A stretch of DNA of 64,000 bases from positions 56,234,001 through 56,298,000 of the forward strand of contig NC_045705.1 of the NCBI RefSeq assembly GCF_009834535.1, in the 5' to 3' direction. The notes under the pieces are model-generated. The model made no database searches. It saw only the letters and a program-made list of their open reading frames with translations, and was not told the DNA's origin. Shown here piece after piece: positions 48,201 to 61,009 of the stretch. Origin of the DNA: Camelus ferus. Taxonomy: Eukaryota. The translations under genes and the position numbers were made by a program. Positions within the stretch are counted from its first letter, which is position 1. Each line of letters begins with the position of its first letter.

Positions 48201-49479
48201 AAAAATGCATTTTTAATGTACTGATTGAGCCTATTAATTCCCCAGGTTGATCTTTTACACTTCCCAAACCCCTCCACAGCAACCTCTTTCTCAGACAGAT
48301 TACCTGTAGAATCAGTATTTCTCCATTTGTGTGTAACCCTTCATTGAATCTGAACGTTATAAAGGGAAAAGTAACACAGTCTTTCTCTTCCCATAGAGTT
48401 TGACTTGCCCTATTTCTTCCCACTCTCATCCATGTAATATAGAGAAGTCCTTCTACTGAAATTGAAACCAATGAGTTAAACTCTATTCTTGGACACTGAA
48501 TCTATGTTCTCTCATATAAGGGTCAGTCAGCCAGTGGCCTTCAAATCAGCTAACGATACATATCCTCTGACTCTGGGCACTACCCCACATACTGTGTACA
48601 CTGATTCTCTCCCTGAATACTGGATTTTCTGAGTGCAAGAGTATCAAGTGAAAATTCTTCAATTTTTTTGCATTTTATGACTTGACAAAATCAAATCTGA
48701 AAACAGTTACTGAGTAACTATTCTATATGAAATACCTCTCTAGTTCTCATCTTGAATTAAATGTCTCAGTGGAAGGAATGTTTGCACTGGTTTTGATCAC
48801 AGAGTCACACTGAACGTGTTCAATGATTTATTTTACATTCCCTGCTCCTTCTTATTGTTTACTTTCAAAATGGGGGTCCCTTGCCTTTTAGCCATCTCAA
48901 CTTTAGTGAAACTGTTTCTCTAGACCGTCACTTTTTAAAACTCTTCTCCAGGATGTTCTAAGACCATAAAAAGGGATTTTAACAACTACTGTGGATAGGA
49001 AGGTGGGTATGACAGAGATTAATGAGGCTTTGAAGCTCTTTTCACCTAGATTACTGCATCTACATTTTATGTGATTTTCAATGAGAAAAGGGTTCCACTG
49101 CCAAGAAGTGGTAATGTTGCTTTATTTTTGGTCCTTTAGCCAGCTCTGTCATCCTTTGGATCTTATAGTCTATTTCAAAGCCTCTCCCTCATCTTTTCAG
49201 ACCTTTTTTTTCCCCTCATGTTCTCTTACTCTACTTTCTGACTTCTCTATTCTTTAATATCCTTCATCTTATCTCACCATCCAGTCTCTTTGTCAAAAAT
49301 ATGTGTTAAAAGCAGATGCTTCTTGTCTAAAACTAGGGAGTTTGCCTGACTGTTATGAGAAGTGATCAGTAAGGCTTGTCCTGTTCAGACAATTTCTTTT
49401 TCATTCCCCGAACAGCTTGATTCATTAACACCTTCATCACAATGCATGCAAATTTGTTTTAAATGGCTATTTTTTTCCA

Positions 49480-50375
49480 AGGTTTTTTTGGTTTTTTTGC
49501 TTTGTTTTAGAGCACGTTTAGATTCTCACACAGCAAAACTGAGAGGAAGGTACAGAGATTCCCAGATACTCTTTGGCTCCACACACGTATAGCCTCACCC
49601 ATTAACATCCCCCAGAGTGGTATATTTATTTGTTACATTTGATGAACCTACATTGACACATCATAATCTCAGGGATTGCAGTGCCAACTGGTGCCTGCCC
49701 TGCACCCAATAAACTTCCAGCCCTTAGAAGTCTGCCTGCTCCTCTTCAGAAGATAAAGTCCTAACAGGTATTGGCCTTCCCAGGGTAACAGCCCTGGGAA
49801 ATGACTAGCCTCACTGTAGCTCAGGCTGGCTTGTCTCAGCCCACATCTCCTCCTTATCGTAATCATAAATTCCACTACTGTTCATTGTGTCAGCGCATGT
49901 CTCCATCTTACTGGAGTCGTAAATCCACTATCCTCCCTTATACCAAAGCCCCTCACCTCACTTGTAGCCAATCTATTCCCCATCCCATTGTGTTCACAGC
50001 CTCTTCCTCAGTAAGAGACCCTGCACAGTTCACAAAGGGTGGGCACGCAGGCACCGCTTGCCTGTGTGGCCTGCTGTTGCCTGTAGCAGCTTAACTATTA
50101 AATCTTTCCTTTGTTCTTAAACTTCTCCCTTTCTGCTAAATTCTTCTTACCAACCTGTGTCACCAGCCCACAAAATGTCCCCCAACAGGGATCACTCTTA
50201 GTGTTGTACATTCTATGCTTTTAAGCAAATGTATAATGCCATGTAATCCATTATTATTGTATCACACAAGGTTATTTTCATAGTTCTAAAAATCCTCTGT
50301 GCTCTACCTATTCATCCCTGTCTCCAAACCCAATCTCTAGAAACCACTGATCTTTTTAAGATCCATAGTTTTGCC
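49480..50375 (-). mobile_element. Old L1 (L1MA) 3' region interrupted by a solo LTR
   Basis: gatgaacctacattgacacatcat...cactcttagtgttgtacattctatg continues across the LTR. Confidence 0.8.
49677..50187 (+). mobile_element. Solo LTR, 511 bp, with 5-bp TSD GGGAT
   Basis: TG...CA termini; GGGAT at 49672-49676 and 50188-50192. Confidence 0.8.
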
Positions 50376-50378
50376 TAT

Positions 50379-50412
50379 ATATCATATCATATCATATCAT
50401 ATCATATCATAT
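50379..50412. repeat. (ATATC)6 pentanucleotide repeat
   Basis: Direct reading. Confidence 0.9.
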
Positions 50413-51421
50413 GATGAATATTCAATAGTAATACAATTAATATATGATATGTTACTGTATTATTGTATAATATTTTATATGCTGTAATTATGAATATTAG
50501 TTTCTTTTAACTTATACATATTACTGCTATCATTTTGTTCTAATGATTATCATCAATATTATTGGTATTAATTTACTCTCTCTTTATTTACCTTGGGACT
50601 TTCACATTGTTTACAAAATGAACCATGAATCTGGTATACACTGAGTATATGAAGAAATATTTCATAAAGAGATGGTTTCCTTTAACAGTCTAAAATATAC
50701 TTAATCATCAGCATGAATGTGGTTCTTCACAAAACTGAATTTAGTGGTCATGCTCCTACCAAAAGGTGGAGAACTTACGCTACAGCCAGCACAGTCTAGT
50801 TCACAGTTCACTCATTCGAGTGATTCCCACCATTCTTGAGTAGAACACATCTTTGAAATGCATTGAATTACTCAGGAATATATAGAATGCAGGCCAGGTC
50901 CTCAGACTGAAAACTGGTAAAAAAAAAAAACAACACTTTTTTTTAAATTGAATTTATTAGTAATGAATGAGTGGAATTGAAATTTTTAAAAATACCATTT
51001 ATACTAGCACCTCAAAAAATGAAATTCTTAGATATAAATCTAAGGAAATGTCTTCTCCATTAGACTTCAGAGTCTAAAAATTGATGATTAACCCTTCATA
51101 ATCCTACACTAATACATAAAACTCCTCTGGAGATTTAACCACCCTTTGCAGAAGCTCATGTTGTCCACAAGAATACAAGGATAGACTGGTTTCTCCAGTT
51201 GGCTCCTGATGTCTAGAAACAAAGGGCTGTGCTCTGAGTGGGTCAGAGGCAGGAAGAGGAGATGGAGTCCCTGAGTGTAGGCAAGAGTCAGGAGCTTACA
51301 GGGTTCCCTGGGGCACCAAGAATAAGCATAAACACTGTCACAATATTTCCAAGAACTTGGTCTAACTTCTTTCCTCCCCTTTGGTGATAGGAAAAACATT
51401 TAATCAAAAAGCCCCTTTTCA

Positions 51422-51879
51422 TGTTACATAGGGTTATGTATACTCAACATGCACGCTGTCACATCAGATATGCCTAAACTATACAGTTAGGATGAAAAGG
51501 AAAAGGTTGTGGGCCAAGACTGGGCTGGGCTAACTCATGAATTTTAAGTCTCACCTTGGACTGGTTTCGGGTTACTGCAAGCGACCCTTTGCTTCTGCTT
51601 TTATGATACTGCCTGGCTGTACTCACCTTACTGGTTGATGGACCCCGAGTTTGCAAGCGACCCTTTGTTTCCGCTTTATACTGCCTAGCTGTACTCACCC
51701 TGTTGGTTGATGGACCCCGAGCTTGTAAGCGACCCTGTAAAACCTCACTTACACTTCCCGGGGGCGCTCAGAGCTCCAGAGCGAGAGCCCCACTGAGCCC
51801 GCCAGCATAATAAACCTGAGTACTCCAACCCTCCTCCGAGTGGCATTTGTTTCTTGGCTGGCCTGCTGTTTCTGTAACA
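51422..51879 (+). mobile_element. Young-looking ERV solo LTR with internal tandem repeat
   Basis: Inverted termini TGTTAC...GTAACA; 72-76 bp tandem repeat; AATAAA near 51809; CpGs retained; no TSD found, so the left end is uncertain. Confidence 0.75.
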
Positions 51880-53369
51880 AGAATATATCATTGATAAAAC
51901 ACTATCAGCAACACCCTGCTGCACTTCCCTGAAGCTGTAGGGGTTGTTCAAAACTTTCACCAGATCTTTAAAAAGTAGCTACAGTGTATAAAATCCTCTG
52001 GGTTTCCCAGCTAGACAGCTCACAAGACCACTCTCTTCTTTCTTTTCCTTCTCCCCAGGGTCTGAGATAATGAGGGACAGGAAGCCAGTCCTAGCAGGAA
52101 GTTGATTAAAGATCGTTGATTGGGTCTCCATGGGGACCTCAGGCAGTTTTATAAAAATCAGGAAGTTAAAAATCCACCCTCTAGTTTCTCCATTCCCCTC
52201 AGAGCTCTAGTTTTAACCTTCCTTCTCCTTTGTTGTTAAGGCTCGGAACCTCTGGGTTTAGTCTTGGTACATTAGGAGTCAACATAGTGAGAAGGTGTTC
52301 AGTGCTGAATTGTGGAACCAAGAAGAGATCCCCGAAGGCTCAGCCTTGTCTTTGGAGAGGGAGAGAAATAAAGGGATTTTGAGGCACAGGAAAGGCTGTA
52401 GAGGGTTCTCTGCTCAAGGTGGGACTGCTGGAGTCAGATCTTGCTTACTTCGTGGGATTTCAAGGCCTGGTTTTAGCACTAGCCCAGAGAGGAAAGAATA
52501 GCTCCCTCACATCTGCTCACTTCTTTAGTTTTGTGCTCAGAGTGTTGCCCCATGCATGGTGACAGTGGGAATATTGCTGAGACCCAGGGAGACAGGCCAA
52601 TTTGGCAAGTGAACCTGAGGTGCAGGAAGGAGATGAGCTCAGTTACTCTAGGTTCAGTATCTGCCCTTTAGCGTCAAACACAAGGTTATAGAATCGGGAG
52701 TTATTTCCAAGAAGCACAGAGATAGAGGGGCAGGAAGAAATGTGATCCTCTAGAGAAAAGCTCGACTGTAATATCAAAGGACATTTCCCTGAAGGACCAC
52801 AGCATATGACTGATGGAATTAGAAGCAAGCATTGCACTTGTACAAGTCACTCTAGGAAGTGGTCTCCAAGAAGAGCAACTGGGGACAGAAAGGCATTTGT
52901 TAAATTTCCCACCCTTCTCTACCCTGGACAGCTACTTTTGGTACTGGTCAGGAACAGTGAGATTCTCACCAGAACTGAGGAGGAATACTCTAAGGACCTT
53001 TAAATAAGAAGCCCTTGGAATAATTATCTTACTAAGATCTCTTCAGCCAACACACTAAAGGTGAAACCAAGCAGATATCTCCTGGCTTCACTCTTCTGGA
53101 TTTTTGCTTATATCCAAGTTCCCTCCTTCAACTCATCCTTATAAGTCCTCTCTTTCTGATTCCTGTTCTGCTCTACTCCCTTAAAATGTGAAGCATAAGC
53201 TCTCATTCCAGAGAGGCTCCCTTGAGCTAGTAGCTACAAGAAGGTAGGGACTGATACTTTTGATAATTCTCTTTATCATTTGTCATTTAATCACCACCCA
53301 TTTCAGACTGTCTCGACTTTAAAAACTGCCTGGATTTGTTAACCTAAATGTTTACAAATTCTCAGACTG

Positions 53370-53580
53370 TGCTTTGGAGCTCCAGAGATTTAAGTTTGGA
53401 TTCCAGCTCTGCCACTGATTGGCTGTACAATTTTAGGCACGTTATCAAATCCTCTAAGTTTTTCTCACCTTATTTGCAAATTGAGGTAATGATGTTAACT
53501 TGCAAGGCTTTTCTAAGGTCTAAATGCTATTTCTTTTGCAACATTTTCGGTCCAGTGCCTGGCAAATTGTAGATGTTCAT
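53370..53580 (+). mobile_element. MIR SINE
   Basis: ttccagctctgccactgattggctgtacaattttaggcacg. Confidence 0.7.
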
Positions 53581-54029
53581 CAAGTATTATAGTTCTTTCT
53601 TCTTTACCACCCTACCTCATTTTCATGTCAAAAATACTTTCTGCCTTAGATTTTATGAGTTATATTGTTAACTACCAAGTAGCTTGGCTGTCACTTACAC
53701 ATAAGTTTATCACTTCTGAATTCACTCTGATGAATAATGTGCTGACCACTGATCACAGCCAAAGCAGAAACTGGGGAACACCGCATGACAGTCAATCTGA
53801 CCTTCAAGTGAACAGTAAGTTAATAACACCGGCTGTCAATTTCGTTGGATTGGGGAAGAAAATGTCTGAGTATGTATTTGTGTGCATTTCCCCAGTAATT
53901 TTATTTATTCACTCAGCTAAAGAGTCAGCACTTTTTTTGAAGACCTATCAAGCCCTTCATTGTATGCTAGTTGCTGATAGTTGACAGTAACTTTTCATCT
54001 GTGTGGGTAGAAAATGTAACAGTTGTTTA

Positions 54030-54230
54030 GAGCCTGGAATCTAGAAGAAAGTCAGATCTTGATTCAAACCCCATTTTGGCCATTTTACTATGTCTTTGAT
54101 CTTAGAAATGTCTGTTTCTTCTAAGCCTCTGTTTCCTCATCTATAACATGATATTATTAATAGAACTTTATTCATAGGATTTTTTTAAAAGAGATAAAAG
54201 TATGCACAAAGTTAGTCGCAGCTAAGTAAG
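54030..54230 (+). mobile_element. MIR SINE
   Basis: gattcaaacccc...aagcctctgtttcctcatctataacatg. Confidence 0.7.
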
Positions 54231-55907
54231 TAAAATTTAACTCTTAGTCATGCATTAAAAAAATATTTGCTGGGCACTTGCCATGTATAGGACACATTCT
54301 AAACACTATCTTTTCAGAATTAAACAAAGCAAAGCCCCCACCCACTTTGAGCTCACACTGCAGTGGGATTATTAATGGGAGTGGACCGATCACTGCTCTG
54401 GAAATCAAGAGGCTTAAATTGGCAAATGACTTCTGCCTAGTGACTGTCTTCTTCTGAGCCTTTCTCTCTTCATTTACAGAAGAATGAGCCCCACCAGCAT
54501 CCATGTCTTTTGTTCTGTGGACTCTCTCAGGCTCTGCCCTGTGACTGGGGGTGTGGTCAGATTGCTTCAGTATCTCCTCTCACAGAGGTTCACAGCAGGG
54601 AGCCTGCTGCTTTAGGGAATGGCTGTTACTGACTGATATGAGGATCAGAGCTTTGATCTCTTACTCCAACAGTCGAGAATAATTTTACAGGCAGCTGTTC
54701 ATGCACTCTGCAGTTCTCTCTGGAATTCTGTGAGCTGAGTAGCATTTATGAGCTATCTGCATCAAGCTAGGCTTGTATAGCAGGAAGATCAGAGAAGGCA
54801 AGTGAAGGATTTGTCTGTATCTTACATTGGCGATGACATGTGGCCGATGAAGTTAAACAAAAATAGACAGAAGGTAGGAAGGAAGGAAAGTAGGAGGGGA
54901 GAAAGGAAGGAGGAGAAGTATATGGTCAGGCCACCCAAAATGGTTGTTTGCTTTCTCTCTACATCCTCTGCCCCACCAGTCCCTGCTTCACCTACTTCCC
55001 ACTCACAAGACTGACCTCTCACCTTAATCTCAGAGCCTAATCAGTAAATACCTTCATATTTGTCCCTGGCCCCAGTTAGTGATTGTTCTAATCTTTAGAT
55101 CAGAATGGCTCCCCTTTGATAGTTTAACAAAGGGAAGACCTCTGACCTCTGCCCATTGAAGTCACTTAGCCCTAGGGGCTACAAGGGCCCTGCCAGTCTG
55201 CTGGTTTCCTCGAGAATCCAACAATCTGATGTGCCAATCTGAACTCAATTCCCCCCATAATGGATAGTCTCTTATTTCCCCTGGAGCAGAGACTGCTGCT
55301 GCCTCTGCTGTCCATGTGGTAAACTATTGATGACTCTGTTGCTGACTCCAGGCTCTTTCTTTGGTCTTGAGGCTGGGCAAGCACAGGGCTCTCAGGCCTG
55401 CAGCGTGCAGTGCAATAGGAGGAAAAAAGAAGGAAGGAGGGAGCAGAGGAAGGGAAGATGAAAGAAAGAAAAAAGGTAAAGAAAGAGTAAAGGACCTAAA
55501 ATAAGACAAAGGAAAAGAAGCTGAGAGAAAGGTTGAAAAGAAACATCAGTGAAAGTTTGAAACCTCATAAGAGGTAGGCAAATTTAAATACAGCCAACTT
55601 ACATATCTGCTATAGTGAAGTATAAGCACTATAGTGAGGATGCTCTGCACCTCTCAGCCTGAAGAAGCAAGGAGAAAAAATTTCAAAAAAAAAAAATTTC
55701 TCTAAAAAAATATTGAGAGGGAATCAAGGACCAGATGGAAATGACCTCTGGAGGAGACACACAGCTATAGGTCTGCTTGATCCTGATCTCTCTCTCTCTT
55801 TTTTTTTTTTTTTTTAATAATTTCTTCCCAGGTACAATCACTAGCTTTTTCTCAAGTCATTTCAGGGATCTGGAGGGACACCACCTGCCCCCTTCCCCGC
55901 ACACACA

Positions 55908-56849
55908 ATGACGCTGAGGTCCCTGGAGAACAGCAGCAGCACGTCCTCCACCTTCCTGCTGAGCGGCGTGCCTGGGCTGGAGCACGTGCACCTCTGGGTC
56001 TCCATCCCACTGTGCTTCATATACCTCGTTTCCATCCTGGGCAACTGCACCATTCTGTGTATCATTAAAACAGAGCCCTTGCTCCATGAGCCTATGTACC
56101 TCTTCCTGTCCATGCTGGCTCTGACCGACCTGGGTCTGTCCCTTTGCACCCTCCCTACAGTGCTAGGCATCTTTTGGGTTGGGGCGCGTAATATTGGTCA
56201 TGATGCCTGTTTTACCCAGCTCCTTTTCATTCATTGCTTATCCTTCCTGGAGTCCTCCGTGCTACTGTCCATGGCCTTCGACCGCTTTGTGGCCATTTGT
56301 CGCCCCTTGCACTATGCGTCCATTCTCACCAACACCGTCATTGGCAGGATGGGCCTGGCCTCCCTGGGCCGCAGTGTAGTGCTCATTTTCCCATTACCTT
56401 TTATGCTCAAAAGATTCCCGTATTGTGGCTCCCCAGTCCTCTCACATCCTTATTGTCTCCACCAGGAAGTGATGAAGTTGGCCTGTGCAGACATCAGAGC
56501 CAACAGCGTCTATGGCTTGTTTGTCATTGTTTCCACAGTGGGTGTAGACTCACTCCTCATTCTCCTCTCCTATGCCCTGGTCCTGCACACCGTGCTGTCC
56601 ATCGCATCCAGGGCCGAGAGACTCAAGGCTCGTAACACCTGTGTCTCCCACATCTGCGCTGTGCTGCTCTTCTACACTCCCATGATTGGCCTGTCTGTCA
56701 TCCACCACTTTGGGAAGCAGGCGCCTCATCTGGTCCAGGTGATCATGGGCTTTGTGTACCTTCTCTTCCCTCCACTGACGAACCCCATCGTCTACAGTGT
56801 GAAGACCAAACAGATCCGAGATCGTGTGACCCAAGCCTTTTGTTACTAG
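55908..56849 (+). CDS. OR51G2: Olfactory receptor 51G2, 313 aa, open frame
   Basis: MTLRSLENSSST...MAFDRFVAIC...QIRDRVTQAFCY*; matches recalled human OR51G2. Confidence 0.95.
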   Translation: MTLRSLENSSSTSSTFLLSGVPGLEHVHLWVSIPLCFIYLVSILGNCTILCIIKTEPLLHEPMYLFLSMLALTDLGLSLCTLPTVLGIFWVGARNIGHDACFTQLLFIHCLSFLESSVLLSMAFDRFVAICRPLHYASILTNTVIGRMGLASLGRSVVLIFPLPFMLKRFPYCGSPVLSHPYCLHQEVMKLACADIRANSVYGLFVIVSTVGVDSLLILLSYALVLHTVLSIASRAERLKARNTCVSHICAVLLFYTPMIGLSVIHHFGKQAPHLVQVIMGFVYLLFPPLTNPIVYSVKTKQIRDRVTQAFCY

Positions 56850-56977
56850 CTAGTATTGGAGGCACTATTTCCTTAAATATGCCCTTATTTACTTACTCAA
56901 CAAACAAGAAATCACAACTGTTACACAACTCTCCCTCTGGGGCAGGGTTGGGGGGTAGGAAATTCACTGCAGTATGG

Positions 56978-57560
56978 TGTGGTAGATTCTGTTTTCCCAA
57001 AATGGCCAGAAATGTTTCCAATCCCACATTCTCTTCTAGAAACTTGTCATTCTTCCATCACTTCTCCCTTTGTAACTGGTTCTGACCTTGTAACAATTGA
57101 ATGTTGTGGTAGTGACCCCATAAGATTTCAAGGCTAGGTCATAAAAGGCAATATGGTACCCGTTCTCTCTTTCTTTCTCTATCCCCTTTCCATCTCTACG
57201 TCTATAGGCATCTGTTCCTCTATCTATCTCACTCAATGCTTGCTTGCTTTTCAAAGCCAGTCACCAGACTGAGCAGAAGCCCAGACCACATAGACAGCCC
57301 ACATGTAGGGGTTTTAACCAGTAGACCCAGCTGAGGTCTCAGCCTTAGCTGGGTCATTATCAACTACTAGTGAGTCAACAAATCTTTGAACTGTTCCATC
57401 TCCCAACCTTCCTGCCTCTCCAGCTGCCACCCAATGAAACAGACAATTAATCCTACTCTGAACCCAGTCCAGATCACAGATTTCTAAGCTAGATAGATGT
57501 TTGTTTTTCAGAGACACTGCATTTTGGGGTGGTTTGCTATACAACCAAATGTTACTTGTG
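56978..57560 (+). mobile_element. MaLR solo LTR (MLT1F/G/H-like) about 130 bp after the OR51G2 stop
   Basis: tgtggtagattctgttttcccaaaatggcc...ggctaggtcataaaaggc...ttttggggtggtttgctatacaacc. Confidence 0.8.
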
Positions 57561-59299
57561 TTAAGCAAAGAAATAAATTGATTAATTAAAAAGAAATTGA
57601 TAGAGGAGCTAAAAGAAAGATATCTTCCTTGAGCTGGGGAAAGAGAGTGGCATGAAGGGGTTCCACGACTTGGTCTAGCAGCCAGCCGTAAGGGACACCT
57701 AGCAGTTAGGCAGCCAAATCGGAAAATTACAGTCTATAAGAACAGTGTGTGCAAAACTGAGAAAGAGGTGTGAGAGAGAGGACACTGTAATCAGGGAAAT
57801 ATCTGAAACTGTCTTTGCTGTCACAGTTGTTCCCTGCAAGTCAAGGAAGGGTAGAGAATTACGGGGGTGGATGGCAGTGAGTGGTAAGAGGTTGAGGCAC
57901 CAACCACATCAGAACAGTCATGAGCCAATGGACTAAAGAGAGAGAAACCCTTATAACTGACTATGTGTGTTTTACAATTGTACCTCCACATTGCTCCAGA
58001 TGAAAAATTATCTTTTGAGTAATATTTGTCAGTATAGAATCTGTAACTTTGGCTTGGAGGTATCTGTGAGGAAAGCAGGTCTAGATAAGATGCTGCCAAG
58101 GAGAACTTTGAACATCTAGAGGGAAGCACGTTCCTGCCTGTGTTTAGTGCAGGGTCAAGAAAGGGAGTGGCAGAGGGAAGAAGACAAAATTCTCCATTAC
58201 GACCTTTATGTGAAGCCAGTTCTCATTTGAGGTTAGTCTCATTTAAGGCTATCTAGCACCCTTGACGTTGAACTCTTGGTGGGTCGTGCGCCAACCCCCC
58301 CACCAGTGCCTCATCCTGTCAGGCATGAGAAAGAGAGTGATTCTGAAATGGTGGTTTATGGGACCTTGGCTGTCACTCTGTGGAAGATCCAAGATCAATT
58401 ACACAGCAAATAGAATAAAAGAGAATATGTGTTTGAGTGTCATGGGTGGTTTACATCACGAGATGTAATCGTGTGTCTGTGTACGCACAAAACTTCAGAA
58501 AAATCATAAAGCCCAGGCAAATTCTGAAGCATGCATACAGCTCCCAGCTGGAATCTATATCCACGCTATCTATGTACCTGACATTTTAGTCCTCCTATGG
58601 GAGTCATGTTCTCTTATATCTTACAATGAATTAAAGAGTTATCATGATACACTGGTCAATATACAACACTTGGAGTCAGGTTTGGAAGGTTCTATTTTCT
58701 ACGTGACTTAGCAAAATTATTTTATTGTTATAAGCTCAGTTTTCTCTATCAATGTCATTCCCACAAGACTCTCTACACATTTTAAATATATGATATAGAT
58801 GAAAGTTTCAAAAAAAAATCTTAGCCTGTTTTTCAGCTCTAAATAAATTGTACTTACTTTCATGCCTAAAATAAAACCAATAACACAGAGTAAAATCCAT
58901 CAATCATGGAGAATGTATAATAAGTCAAAGAGAGAGCCCTCCAACAGCCTGAGGGGGAGGAGAATCATGGGTCATTTTCCAGAGGGGCTGCCTTAGCTGA
59001 GTCTTAAAGAATAAGCGGAAGTTAGATGAACAAAACTGTGTGGCTGGAAGAACATTCCTTCGTTCCACAAAGGGCGGTTGAGTGGGCTCTTTTCTAGGCA
59101 GAGTCTGCATTCTAGGAATACAGAGGGCAAAAGAATGATGGATTGTGTTTTTGGCTTACATTTTGGTGAGAGAGACAGATAGTAGCAAAGTGAATGGTTA
59201 ACCATTTTAGTCAGTGCTAAGTGCTTTGAAGGAAGCAAAGTAGGGTAACAGGTGGAACGTGATGGAGGAATCTGTGAGCTGGGGAGGTCTCCATAGAGG

Positions 59300-60980
59300 G
59301 GATTTTCAAGCAAAATTCTAAATTATGCAACGGAGTGAGACATGAAAAGATTTAAAGGAAGAGCATTCCAAACAGGCAGAACAAGTGTCAAGGGCCTGAA
59401 ATGGAAAAAAAGTGGAATGTTATAGGAAAAGCACAAGGACCAGTGTGGCTAGAGCTAAGTTAGCAAGAAGCTACATTAACTGGTGGAAAATTATCAAGTA
59501 ATTATTTGATATTAAAGACAGGAGAGAAGCGTGCTAGGCAAAGATGATATTTCAAGGTCACTGTCAGAAAAGATGCTTCATGTAGGAAGTTAAAACAGTG
59601 GCCATGAGAGGTAGTTTAACATGGTCTGAGGGACCCAGGATCAAGCGCTCATATCTAAGATCATAATTGTTAAACTTTGCAGCATAACTAACCCAGAACA
59701 GATGGGAACAGGGAGGGGATGAATTGTACCTTTCTATAAGAAAACTAAGGCCCAGACTCCTCTGATAAAGTTGTTAAAAAGAAAGGCAGTTGTTGTAAAA
59801 GGCCATGACATTGCAGCCAAGCCTGGATAACAGCCTTTATGCATGGAATGTGGAACCAACCTCATTCATTCATTTATTCATTCAACACTGAATGATTGAC
59901 TTTCGTAAAGGTTACTTGTGATAAATTGGTAAACAAGACACATTTGTTACCCTCAAAGAATTTATAGTCTAGTAGGGGTATCTAGAGTAGTTTAGTGTTT
60001 AGAATGCTCTACAGATTGAGTCCTAAAGGTCAGGTTAGAATTATCCATGTGAAAATGAGAAAAAATATAGTTCTCTACATAAAGCAAGTATTTTGGGAAA
60101 GAATCAAGAGATGATCAAAGAGCACTACTTGTTTAGAAACTATAAATAATTCTTGTTGAGAACCACCCAAGTGGTAGATTGAGAGAAGGGTATCCTGAGA
60201 TGCAGCCAGGCACACACAGGGATCAGAACTTGCAGTGACTGTAGACTGAGTAATTCTTTCCACCAATTACTATTGAGTACCTGCTTAATATCAGTCAATG
60301 TTCTTGGTTTCAGGAATAGAGCAGTAAACACAACAGAAAAAAAAACACTGTCCTCAGGAGCCTCAGATTCTGTTGATAAGCTTAGATATAGGCAAGTTAT
60401 AAACCTGAAAAATAAAGAAGATAGAATGTTGAATGATGAAAAGTGCAGTGAAGAAAAATTAATGTAGGAAAGGGGTATTAGCTGTACTCAGCAAACCTGT
60501 ATTTTTTTTCATTGAATAATATTTTATTTAAAAAATTTTTTTAATTGAAGTATAGTTGATATACAATCTTGCTTTAGTTTCTGGTGTACAGCATAGTGAT
60601 TCAGGCATACATATATATATTATTTTTCATATTCTTTTTCATTATAGGTTATTACAAGATATTAAATATAGTTCCATGTGCTAATTTTTAGATGGTCAAG
60701 AAAATCTTCTTTGAGGTGTTATTTCAAGGAAATGAAGAAGCGACACAAGGATATCTTGGGGAAAGGATTCCATATGAAGAGAAGAGCATGTGCAAAACTT
60801 CAAAACAGGAACGTGTCTTGTATGTTTAAGGTAGGTTAAGACTCACAGTCTGGCACAGTGAAAAAGAGAACACAGCAAGAAAAAGAGAAAGGGAGATGGT
60901 GGTGATGATATTACTTAAGCCACTAATAGAGATTTGGAATTTCAATTCAGAATGTGATGGAAAGTCATTGGAGAAGAGTG
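59300..60980 (-). mobile_element. Dispersed L2 fragments, plus an L1 3' tail at about 60530-60685
   Basis: gaaggaagagcattccaaacaggcagaacaagtgtcaagggcctgaa; tattgagtacctgcttaata; ttaattgaagtatagttgatatac. Confidence 0.6.
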
Positions 60981-61009
60981 AGCAGGAATATAACATGGTA
61001 CCCTTTTTT

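Noticed and set aside
51576-51736. Spaced direct repeats superficially like a CRISPR array
   Set aside because: The whole unit repeats with no unique spacers, it lies inside an LTR, and the genome is mammalian
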